DNA of 36,057 nt, taken from sequence record SRR20825019_882. One strand, written 5' to 3'. The notes below the pieces were generated by a model. The model saw only the letters and a program-made list of their open reading frames with translations, was not told where the DNA came from and did not search any database. Made by a program: the position numbers and the translations under genes. Positions 10,733 to 18,130 of this stretch are shown in pieces. Each line of letters starts with the position of its first letter. Positions within the stretch are counted from its first letter, which is position 1.

Positions 10733-11482
10733 TTAAAAGCCTCGTTCTTTTTGAATAGTCTCATAAGCCTCTTGAACTTTTTGAAACTTATCACGAGCCC
10801 CTTTTTGGTAAGCTTCATCCATATGTTGTAATTTATCTGGATGGTATTTTTTAGCCATAGTTCTAAATGCCTTCTTAACTTCGGCATCTGTGGCTGTCTT
10901 ATCTATCTCAAGTATTTTGTAGGCATTATTAGCATCCTTAACAAACATGGCTTTAATACTTTTAAAGTCATTTTGGTTAATTCTCATAAAACCTGCAATA
11001 GAGCTAAGTTGTGAAACCTCTGGAGAAGACACTCTACCATCTGCCTGAGCTATTCCAAATAAGAAGTGAAGTATTTGTAATCTCACCTCATAACGTGTTC
11101 TTGAATTTAGGTATGTACAAATACGCTGTGCAGAAACTTCTCTGTTTTTTATAACATCATTAAACGTCTTAAATGTAGCGTTAGCACGTTCCTTTCCATA
11201 AGCTTGTACAAAGTAAGCGCGTACATAATCTAATTCTGTTTGGCTTACACTACCATCTGCTTTAATAACTATAGATGCTAGAGATAACAAGTTAAGCTCA
11301 AAATCACTTGGAGAAACGTTTTGGCTTCTGCTGGTAGTAAACACTGTATCAAAACCTTTACGGCCAGATTTCTTATTACTTTCAAAAGAACTGTCTATTA
11401 ATGTGCCTATAAGATATCCTGCAATAGCACCTGGAAACCTATATATAAAATAACCTACCAAGGCCAACACCCACTTAACCAT
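10733..11482 (-). CDS. DjlA-like co-chaperone (TM + TerB-like + J domain)
   Basis: N-terminal TM, two ADG.VS..E TerB motifs, C-terminal J domain with KKYHPDK. Confidence 0.88.
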   Translation of the reverse strand: MVKWVLALVGYFIYRFPGAIAGYLIGTLIDSSFESNKKSGRKGFDTVFTTSRSQNVSPSDFELNLLSLASIVIKADGSVSQTELDYVRAYFVQAYGKERANATFKTFNDVIKNREVSAQRICTYLNSRTRYEVRLQILHFLFGIAQADGRVSSPEVSQLSSIAGFMRINQNDFKSIKAMFVKDANNAYKILEIDKTATDAEVKKAFRTMAKKYHPDKLQHMDEAYQKGARDKFQKVQEAYETIQKERGF

Positions 11483-11505
11483 GTTTATGTTTTATAATTG
11501 GTTGG

Positions 11506-11513
11506 CAAAAATA
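11506..11513 (-). promoter_or_regulatory. -7 element (TATTTTTG, minus strand) for the DjlA-like gene
   Basis: CAAAAATA on the + strand in the divergent intergenic region. Confidence 0.6.
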
Positions 11514-11604
11514 CGAATATGTTTCAGTTTTTTAGCCATAAGAAGTTTCAATACCTCTATAGGCGTCATTAACCTATGTTGTTATTAAGACGTAATAAAA
11601 TAAG

Positions 11605-11612
11605 TATCTTTG
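11605..11612 (+). promoter_or_regulatory. -7 element (TATCTTTG) for the bacilliredoxin
   Basis: TAnnTTTG followed by C, 33 nt before ATG 11646. Confidence 0.65.
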
Positions 11613-11645
11613 CGACTTAAAGAATAACAAAAAAATTCAAAATAT

Positions 11646-12056
11646 ATGTATCCACCAGAATTAGTAAAACCAATGAAGGAAGACCTTACAAACGTAGGGT
11701 TTAATGAGCTTACAACTGCATCTCAAGTAGACGACGCATTAAGCAAACCTGGAACAACATTAGTGATGGTAAATTCAGTTTGTGGTTGTGCTGCTGCAAA
11801 TGCAAGACCAGGCGCAAAAGCATCTATTCAAAATGCTAAAAAACCAGATCAATTAGTAACTGTATTTGCAGGTGTAGATAAAGAAGCTGTAGATTCGGCT
11901 AGAGCTAAAATGATTCCGTTTCCTCCTTCTTCACCGTCAATTGCACTATTTAAAGATGGTGAGTTAGTTCATATGCTTGAGCGTCATCATATTGAAGGTC
12001 GTCCAGCAGATATGATTGCAGACAACTTAAAAGATGCTTATAACGAGTACTGTTAG
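11646..12056 (+). CDS. BrxA/BrxB family bacilliredoxin
   Basis: VNSVCGCAAANARP (CGC motif), TVFAGVD.EA, PPSSPSIALFKDG, RHHIEG. Confidence 0.93.
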   Translation: MYPPELVKPMKEDLTNVGFNELTTASQVDDALSKPGTTLVMVNSVCGCAAANARPGAKASIQNAKKPDQLVTVFAGVDKEAVDSARAKMIPFPPSSPSIALFKDGELVHMLERHHIEGRPADMIADNLKDAYNEYC

Positions 12057-12098
12057 TTTAATCGTGCATTAAATTTTATGCACGCATACTTTATTTAA

Positions 12099-12138
12099 AA
12101 AAATAAGGTATTTCACTTGGTGTTATACCTTATTTTTG
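12099..12138 (+). promoter_or_regulatory. 13-bp inverted repeat (terminator or operator) overlapping the -7 element TATTTTTG of the plsC-desaturase operon
   Basis: AAAAATAAGGTAT(12099-12111)-N13-ATACCTTATTTTT(12125-12137); TATTTTTG at 12131-12138. Confidence 0.6.
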
Positions 12139-12154
12139 TGCTTTATAATTACTT

Positions 12155-12904
12155 ATGAAGAAGCTTCTATCATATCCTTTAACAGTGCTATTTTATCTGT
12201 TTTACGGACTTGCACTATTAATATTTCATCCCATACAATGGGTTTGTTTTAACGTGTTTGGTTACCAAGCACATAAAAAGAGTGTAGATATTCTTAACTT
12301 TTTCCTTATTGCGACAACGTATATATTGGGAACACGTAATACATTTAGCAACCCTCATAAGCTACCAAAAGGCGCTCCTTGTATTATTGTAAGCAATCAC
12401 CAAAGCCAGTACGATATATCGCCATTAATCTGGCACTTAAGAAAGCTACATCCAAAATTTGTAAGTAAGATAGAGTTAGGTAAAGGGATTCCTAGCATTT
12501 CATACAATTTACGCCATGGTGGTTCCGTTTTAATAGATAGGAAGAATCCTAGACAATCGTTACCAGCTCTAAAAAACTTTGCAACTTACCTACAAGAAAA
12601 TAACAGAAGTACAGTTATTTTTCCAGAAGGAACTCGTGGTAAAAAAGGGATGCCAAAACGATTTGCTCCAAACGGATTAAAAACATTATTTAAGTATATG
12701 CCTAATGCGTGGATTGTTCCTGTTACTATAAACAACTCGTGGAAACTTGTAGAACATGGTGCTTTTCCTATGAATATTGGCGTACATTTAAAACACAACG
12801 TGCACAAACCATTTCCTATTTCAGAATTTGATGATGTAGAGGAACTATTAGCACATATTGAACATACGATTACTAAAGACATACTAATTACAAAACAAAC
12901 ATAA
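12155..12904 (+). CDS. Lysophospholipid acyltransferase (PlsC-like)
   Basis: SNHQSQYD (HX4D), IDR, IFPEGTR, IVPV motifs. Confidence 0.9.
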   Translation: MKKLLSYPLTVLFYLFYGLALLIFHPIQWVCFNVFGYQAHKKSVDILNFFLIATTYILGTRNTFSNPHKLPKGAPCIIVSNHQSQYDISPLIWHLRKLHPKFVSKIELGKGIPSISYNLRHGGSVLIDRKNPRQSLPALKNFATYLQENNRSTVIFPEGTRGKKGMPKRFAPNGLKTLFKYMPNAWIVPVTINNSWKLVEHGAFPMNIGVHLKHNVHKPFPISEFDDVEELLAHIEHTITKDILITKQT

Positions 12905-13905
12905 TGGCCTTAACGAATGTAAGATTAGAAGTAATGCAGCTTTTAGAAAAGAAAGTTGATGGCTTTTTAGAAGAGTTTCTTATTCCTGTTGATACCATTT
13001 GGCAGCCAACAGATTTTCTTCCTAACTCACAAAATGAAGATACATTTTTTGACGAGGTAAAAGAAATAAGAGAGCTTGCTAAAGAACTACCCTATGATTT
13101 TTGGGTAACCTTAGTAGGAGATACAATTACAGAAGAAGCGTTGCCTACCTATGAGTCTTGGCTTATGGATGTAGAAGGTATTAACCAACATGATGGTGTA
13201 CAAGGTAACGGTTGGAGTAAATGGGTACGCCACTGGACAGCCGAAGAAAACCGTCACGGTGATACGTTAAACAAATACTTATATCTTTCTGGACGAGTAG
13301 ACATGAAAGAAATTGAGCGTACTACACAACACCTTATTATGGATGGTTTTGATATTGGTACTGGACAAGATCCATATAAGAACTTTGTGTACACTAGCTT
13401 TCAAGAACTAGCAACGTACATTTCTCACAATAGAGTTGCTAAGTTGGCTCGTAAATACAAAAACAAATCCTTGTCTAAAATGTGTACTATCATTTCTGGA
13501 GATGAAATGAGACACTACAACGCTTATAGCCGTTTTGTTCAAGAAATCTTTAAGGTGGATCCTAGTAATATGATGATTGCATTTAAAGATATGATGGTTA
13601 ATAAAATTGTCATGCCTGCTCAATTTTTACGAGAATCTGGAGACTCTCTTGGTGCTGCGTTCGAAGAATTTAGTAATGCTGCCCAACGTATTGGTGTTTA
13701 TACTGCTCAAGATTATGTAGACATTATGCGTAAGCTTATCGTAAAATGGGACATTGCCAATTTAAATGAATTAACAGATGAAGCTCAAAAAGCTAGAGAT
13801 TTTGTGATGGCATTACCCAACCGTATGGAACGTATTAGCCAACGCATTAAGATACCACAAGAAGTAACTCATTTTAAATGGGTTAATCCTGCTATGGTGA
13901 AGTAA
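12904..13905 (+). CDS. Soluble acyl-ACP desaturase (di-iron, ferritin-like)
   Basis: WQPTDFLP, ITEEALPTY, WTAEENRHG, YTSFQELAT, DEMRH: the two EXXH iron ligand motifs. Confidence 0.93.
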   Translation: MALTNVRLEVMQLLEKKVDGFLEEFLIPVDTIWQPTDFLPNSQNEDTFFDEVKEIRELAKELPYDFWVTLVGDTITEEALPTYESWLMDVEGINQHDGVQGNGWSKWVRHWTAEENRHGDTLNKYLYLSGRVDMKEIERTTQHLIMDGFDIGTGQDPYKNFVYTSFQELATYISHNRVAKLARKYKNKSLSKMCTIISGDEMRHYNAYSRFVQEIFKVDPSNMMIAFKDMMVNKIVMPAQFLRESGDSLGAAFEEFSNAAQRIGVYTAQDYVDIMRKLIVKWDIANLNELTDEAQKARDFVMALPNRMERISQRIKIPQEVTHFKWVNPAMVK

Positions 13906-13911
13906 TTGCAT

Positions 13912-14574
13912 ATGGTTTCTTCTGAAGAATTAAAGGTAATAAACAATACTATTACCTACGTAAAAACAACCTTGAGAAATGCTGAAGGTGGTCATGATTG
14001 GTTTCATATACAACGTGTCCTAAATACAGCCATTACTATTGTTAAGCGCGAAAATGCAAATGAGTTTGTAGTACAGCTTGGCGCATTATTACACGATATT
14101 GCAGACTCTAAATTTCACAATGGCGATGAAACCGTAGGTCCTAAAATTGCACGTGAGTTTCTTTTTTCTCAAAATGTAGACTCTTCTGTTATTGAGCATG
14201 TCGTTAATATTATAAATGCTGTATCCTACAAAGGTGGCCACAACTCTAGTACTTTTAATTCTTTAGAGTTACAGATAGTTCAAGATGCAGACAGATTAGA
14301 TGCTTTAGGAGCTATAGGTATTGCTCGTACATTTAATTACGGCGGTTATAAAAACAGAACTTTATATGATCCTGATGTTAAGCCTAATCTTAATATGACT
14401 AAGGAAGAGTATAAAGCCTCTAACGCTCCTACTCTTAATCATTTCTACGAAAAGTTATTGCTACTGAAAGATTTAATGAATACAGAAACAGGAACATCTT
14501 TAGCCAAGAAACGACACGAATTTATGAAGCTTTACTTAGATCAATTTTTAAATGAATGGGAAGGCCAACTTTAA
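13912..14574 (+). CDS. HD domain phosphohydrolase (YedJ-like)
   Basis: GHDWFHIQRV, ALLHDIAD, VQDADRLDALGAIGIAR, HFYEKLL; ATG 13912 preferred over TTG 13906. Confidence 0.9.
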   Translation: MVSSEELKVINNTITYVKTTLRNAEGGHDWFHIQRVLNTAITIVKRENANEFVVQLGALLHDIADSKFHNGDETVGPKIAREFLFSQNVDSSVIEHVVNIINAVSYKGGHNSSTFNSLELQIVQDADRLDALGAIGIARTFNYGGYKNRTLYDPDVKPNLNMTKEEYKASNAPTLNHFYEKLLLLKDLMNTETGTSLAKKRHEFMKLYLDQFLNEWEGQL

Positions 14575-15641
14575 AATAAAGATAATTGCCCTGTTTTATA
14601 GTGTTGGTGTAAATCACAGTTTAGAGAGATTTTAGCAGAATCTCTTAAATATTTTGCCTTCGCAATTGCAAATTGTTGATGTATATAATGTGCCATTTCA
14701 CCATCACCTGTCATACGTTTTCCAAATCGAGAATCGTTTAAAGTACCACCATGACATTGTTCTATTTGGTGTAATACTTTATCTGCCCTGTCTGGCATAG
14801 TAGCTCTAATCCATTCGCTAAATATATGGCTTATAGCTCCATTTAACCTTACAATGGTAAACCCTACGCGATGGGCTCCTCGTTGAGATACTTCTTTAAC
14901 CAATGGTAAGATTTCATGACTATTAATACTGGGTATTATAGGTGCCATCATAACACCTGTTGGTATGCCAGCTTCAGTAAGTTTACTTAATGTTTCTAGT
15001 CGTTTTTTTATACTTGCTGTTCTTGGTTCTAATAGGCGTCGAGTTTGTTCATTTAAACTTGTGATAGATAGATATACAGATACCAAATTGTCTTTTGCCA
15101 GTTCAGTTAATATATCTAAGTCACGTTGTATTAAAGCATTTTTAGTTATTATCCCAACAGGATGTTTATATTTTAAAAATACCTTAAGCAATTGTCTTGT
15201 AATCTTAAGCGATTTTTCTATAGGTTGATAGCAGTCTGTATTTCCCGATAAGGCTATTGTCGCAGCCTTCCATGACTTGCTTTGTAGTTTCTTTTCTAAA
15301 AGTTGAGGCGCTGTCTTTTTTATTAAAATTTTACTTTCAAAATCTATGCCTGCGCCATATCCCCAATATTCGTGTGAATTTCTAGCATAACAATACACGC
15401 AACCATGTTCACAACCTTGATACGGATTTAATGAATAGGACATCCCAACATCTGGGCTTGTTACCTTGTTAATAATGCTTTTAGGAAATGTTTCAGTAAA
15501 TGTGGTTTTTACAGTTCTATCTTCATCTTCAACAGCACAATAATTAAGGAAATCATCTCGCTCTTCATGGGAAAGCTTAAAAAATTTATTGTGTACTTGA
15601 GATTGTGCACCTCGACCTTTTATAAAATTTGGAGTTTTCAA
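14571..15641 (-). CDS. PA0069-family radical SAM protein (spore-photoproduct-lyase-like)
   Basis: KGRGAQ, SLNPYQGCEHGCVYCYAR (CX3CX2C), SGNTDCYQP.E, ITK, LEPR; C-terminal QLSLF. Confidence 0.92.
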   Translation of the reverse strand: MKTPNFIKGRGAQSQVHNKFFKLSHEERDDFLNYCAVEDEDRTVKTTFTETFPKSIINKVTSPDVGMSYSLNPYQGCEHGCVYCYARNSHEYWGYGAGIDFESKILIKKTAPQLLEKKLQSKSWKAATIALSGNTDCYQPIEKSLKITRQLLKVFLKYKHPVGIITKNALIQRDLDILTELAKDNLVSVYLSITSLNEQTRRLLEPRTASIKKRLETLSKLTEAGIPTGVMMAPIIPSINSHEILPLVKEVSQRGAHRVGFTIVRLNGAISHIFSEWIRATMPDRADKVLHQIEQCHGGTLNDSRFGKRMTGDGEMAHYIHQQFAIAKAKYLRDSAKISLNCDLHQHYKTGQLSLF

Positions 15642-15655
15642 TAATGGATTTTAAA

Positions 15656-15676
15656 CAAATATATGGAATATATCCA
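15656..15676 (-). promoter_or_regulatory. Radical SAM promoter (-7 TATATTTG) with abutting TGGA-N5-TCCA SOS-box-like operator
   Basis: CAAATATA at 15656-15663 directly followed by TGGAATATATCCA at 15664-15676. Confidence 0.7.
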
Positions 15677-15690
15677 ATATTAGAGACGAA

Positions 15691-15719
15691 ATAAAACCGA
15701 AGTTAAACTTCGGTTTTAT
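15691..15719 (-). terminator. Rho-independent terminator of the 15724-17271 gene
   Basis: ATAAAACCGAAGT-taa-ACTTCGGTTTTAT perfect stem immediately after the stop codon. Confidence 0.85.
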
Positions 15720-15723
15720 GATA

Positions 15724-17271
15724 TTATAGAGTTAGTTTAAGTAGTTGTTTCTTTCTTCCGCGCTGTCCTAAAAATATAATTTCGTTAGAGAAGTCATAAA
15801 TACCATTTCCAACTCTAAAAGGAACCTCGGCGTCTTTATCATCTATTAAACTTTTATAGTCATAAGTGCCTTCACTATCAATTGTAATCACATAAAGGTT
15901 ACTTTTCTTGGCTTTAATTCCTTTAAACTCTAAACGATCATTACGTAACTTTCTAACTTTATCTGAGCAATTTATAAAAATGTAAGCCTTGTCATTATGA
16001 TAGGTAGAAGTGAAAGATAAATAATCACTTGGTGCACTAGATGCCTGTTTTTTGTTTATGTTTCTAGCCCAAATTAAATTGCCTTCCTTACCTAGTTTCA
16101 AGCTTACAATGTCTCTATAGTGATAGGTGTATCTCCAAGTACCTCCATATTGGTTGGATACATAATGTGAGGTTACGTAAAACTCTTCACCATTAATAAG
16201 GCATTCACCATCGCTTGTAATTAATATATCTCTGTAAGAAATGTTTCTTAATTCTTTGTCTTTACTTTTTCCATATTTATCCATAATAAACTGCTCTGTA
16301 AAAGGAGAGAATTTTTTACTGGTTATGGTAAGAGTTTCTGGGTCTATGTTGAAGTACCCAACACCTTTAAACCTATTGTCGTTTTTTTCTGAATAAAACC
16401 CTACACAAAATACTCGGTCGTTATCAAAAACTGGAGTAAGTGATCTTACAAATTTATCGTCTGTATCAAAACTTAAAGATTTGCTACTTTTTGCATTTAT
16501 ACGGTATAGCTCATATTGATATTTGCCGCCTTCCTTCTTCTTTCTCTTTTGATCTGTATAAGCTTTCCCCAAGAGATAAACAGTACCATTATTATCATCT
16601 ACACTTATATCTTTTAATGTAAACTTTCTGTCTTTAATGTCCCTCTTAAACGTATTAGTAAAAACTTCTTCAAAATTTTTATTAAACACATGAATTTTAT
16701 GTGTTTCCTCATCTTTGTTTTTAATATCAAAGTTTACAACAATGTAATTATTGTTTTTAGAAAGCGATATGCTTCCGAAGCTATCACCATCTACCTGCTG
16801 TAAACCAATACCATAAAACCCCACAAAACGACCTGAGGATTCCTTAATGTTTAATGACATAAGCTCTTTTGAAGAAAATTTGAAGTTATTTACAGAGGTG
16901 CTCTGTACAAGGCATTTTATTTCTCTTGAATCTCTATCATATTGCGTGGTTAACAAATGAAGCTCTCCATTGTTTACAAAGGCTTGCTGTACAGTCTCTC
17001 TATCTATCTCATAATCAAATTCCTTAACTAAGTTTAAGTTACTGTCGTAATGCTCAATATAATATCCTTTTAAGGTTTTAAGTAGGCCACCATAGTAGCT
17101 TCTACCCACAAAGAGACCACCTTTACCGTCTGATGCTGTAAAGCTTAATGTGGTATTTTTCTTTTTGTCTTTATAAACCTCGCTGGTTTTTATATCAACA
17201 TTTAAGTCTTGAGCAAGGAAGGCCTGCGTGTATCCTAAAAGAAACACGGTTACTAGTAATAATTTTTTCAA
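15724..17271 (-). CDS. Secreted hypothetical protein, beta-rich (possibly a propeller)
   Basis: Long ORF; in-frame TTG at 17271 gives signal peptide MKKLLLVTVFLLGYTQAFLA-Q; the ORF-track start 17307 lies inside an inverted repeat. Confidence 0.75.
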   Translation of the reverse strand: MKKLLLVTVFLLGYTQAFLAQDLNVDIKTSEVYKDKKKNTTLSFTASDGKGGLFVGRSYYGGLLKTLKGYYIEHYDSNLNLVKEFDYEIDRETVQQAFVNNGELHLLTTQYDRDSREIKCLVQSTSVNNFKFSSKELMSLNIKESSGRFVGFYGIGLQQVDGDSFGSISLSKNNNYIVVNFDIKNKDEETHKIHVFNKNFEEVFTNTFKRDIKDRKFTLKDISVDDNNGTVYLLGKAYTDQKRKKKEGGKYQYELYRINAKSSKSLSFDTDDKFVRSLTPVFDNDRVFCVGFYSEKNDNRFKGVGYFNIDPETLTITSKKFSPFTEQFIMDKYGKSKDKELRNISYRDILITSDGECLINGEEFYVTSHYVSNQYGGTWRYTYHYRDIVSLKLGKEGNLIWARNINKKQASSAPSDYLSFTSTYHNDKAYIFINCSDKVRKLRNDRLEFKGIKAKKSNLYVITIDSEGTYDYKSLIDDKDAEVPFRVGNGIYDFSNEIIFLGQRGRKKQLLKLTL

Positions 17272-17287
17272 AATGAAGGTTTTAGGA

Positions 17288-17319
17288 GTAAGCTTCAAAA
17301 TTAGCATTTTGAAGCTTAC
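17288..17319. promoter_or_regulatory. Perfect 14-bp inverted repeat containing a minus-strand -7 element (TAATTTTG)
   Basis: GTAAGCTTCAAAAT-tagc-ATTTTGAAGCTTAC; CAAAATTA at 17296-17303. Confidence 0.55.
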
Positions 17320-17343
17320 CTACAAATTGAAATATTGATGAGC

Positions 17344-18126
17344 TTATTTACCTGGAAACTCAGGTTTTCTTTTGTTTAAGAATGCAGTAGTACCTTCAGT
17401 AAAATCTTCTGTTCCAAAGCTTTTTCCAAATTGCTCTACTTCTACATTAAAGCCATTTACACCATCTTCGTAATTGGCATTAACAGCTGCAATTGCTGCT
17501 TTAATGGCTACGGTTGAGTTTTTCATGATTTTGCCAGCAAGCTTTTCTGCAAGTGGCATTAACTCTTCTGCTGTTGTTACATGATTTACAAGACCGTACT
17601 GTAATGCTTGGTTAGCATCTACCATGCCAGCTGTCATAATCATTTCCATGGCGCGCCCTTTTCCTACCAATTGTGGTAAGCGTTGTGTGCCACCATAACC
17701 AGGTATAACACCTAAACTTACTTCTGGCAATCCCATTTTAGCATTGTCACTTGCTATTCTAAAGTGAGCAGCCATAGCTAGCTCTAAACCGCCACCAAGT
17801 GCAAATCCATTTACGGCTGCAATAACTGGTGTTCCTAAGTTAGCGACTACATTAAAAAGAAGTTCTTGTCCTTTTGCTGCCAACTCTTTTCCTTTTTCAA
17901 CAGAAAAATCTGCGAACTCACTAATATCTGCTCCAGCAACAAAAGCTTTATCACCAGATCCTGTAATAATAACAACTTTAGTGTCTTTGTCTTCATCTGC
18001 TTCAGTAAATGCTTCGTGAAGTTCTTGTATAGTATCTCTATTAAGTGCGTTAAGCTTTTTAGGTCTGTTTATAGTAATGTAGGTAATGTTATTTTCAAAC
18101 TCTACTGTAATATTTTCGTAATTCAT
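17344..18126 (-). CDS. Enoyl-CoA hydratase/isomerase (crotonase family)
   Basis: INRPKKLNAL, AFVAGADI, AVNGFALGGGLELAM, GLPEVSLGVIPGYGGTQRL. Confidence 0.95.
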   Translation of the reverse strand: MNYENITVEFENNITYITINRPKKLNALNRDTIQELHEAFTEADEDKDTKVVIITGSGDKAFVAGADISEFADFSVEKGKELAAKGQELLFNVVANLGTPVIAAVNGFALGGGLELAMAAHFRIASDNAKMGLPEVSLGVIPGYGGTQRLPQLVGKGRAMEMIMTAGMVDANQALQYGLVNHVTTAEELMPLAEKLAGKIMKNSTVAIKAAIAAVNANYEDGVNGFNVEVEQFGKSFGTEDFTEGTTAFLNKRKPEFPGK

Positions 18127-18130
18127 AGTT

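Noticed and set aside
10733-11482. Tellurite-resistance or anti-phage ter system
   Set aside because: A single TerB-like domain fused to a J domain is the ordinary DjlA architecture; no other ter genes
8834-14574. Phosphoesterase and HD genes as a nucleotide-signalling defence system
   Set aside because: Not adjacent, ordinary composition, and no cyclase, effector or mobile context
17272-17307. ORF-track N-terminal extension of the secreted protein
   Set aside because: The ATG lies inside the inverted repeat and upstream of the -7 element; TTG 17271 gives a clean signal peptide
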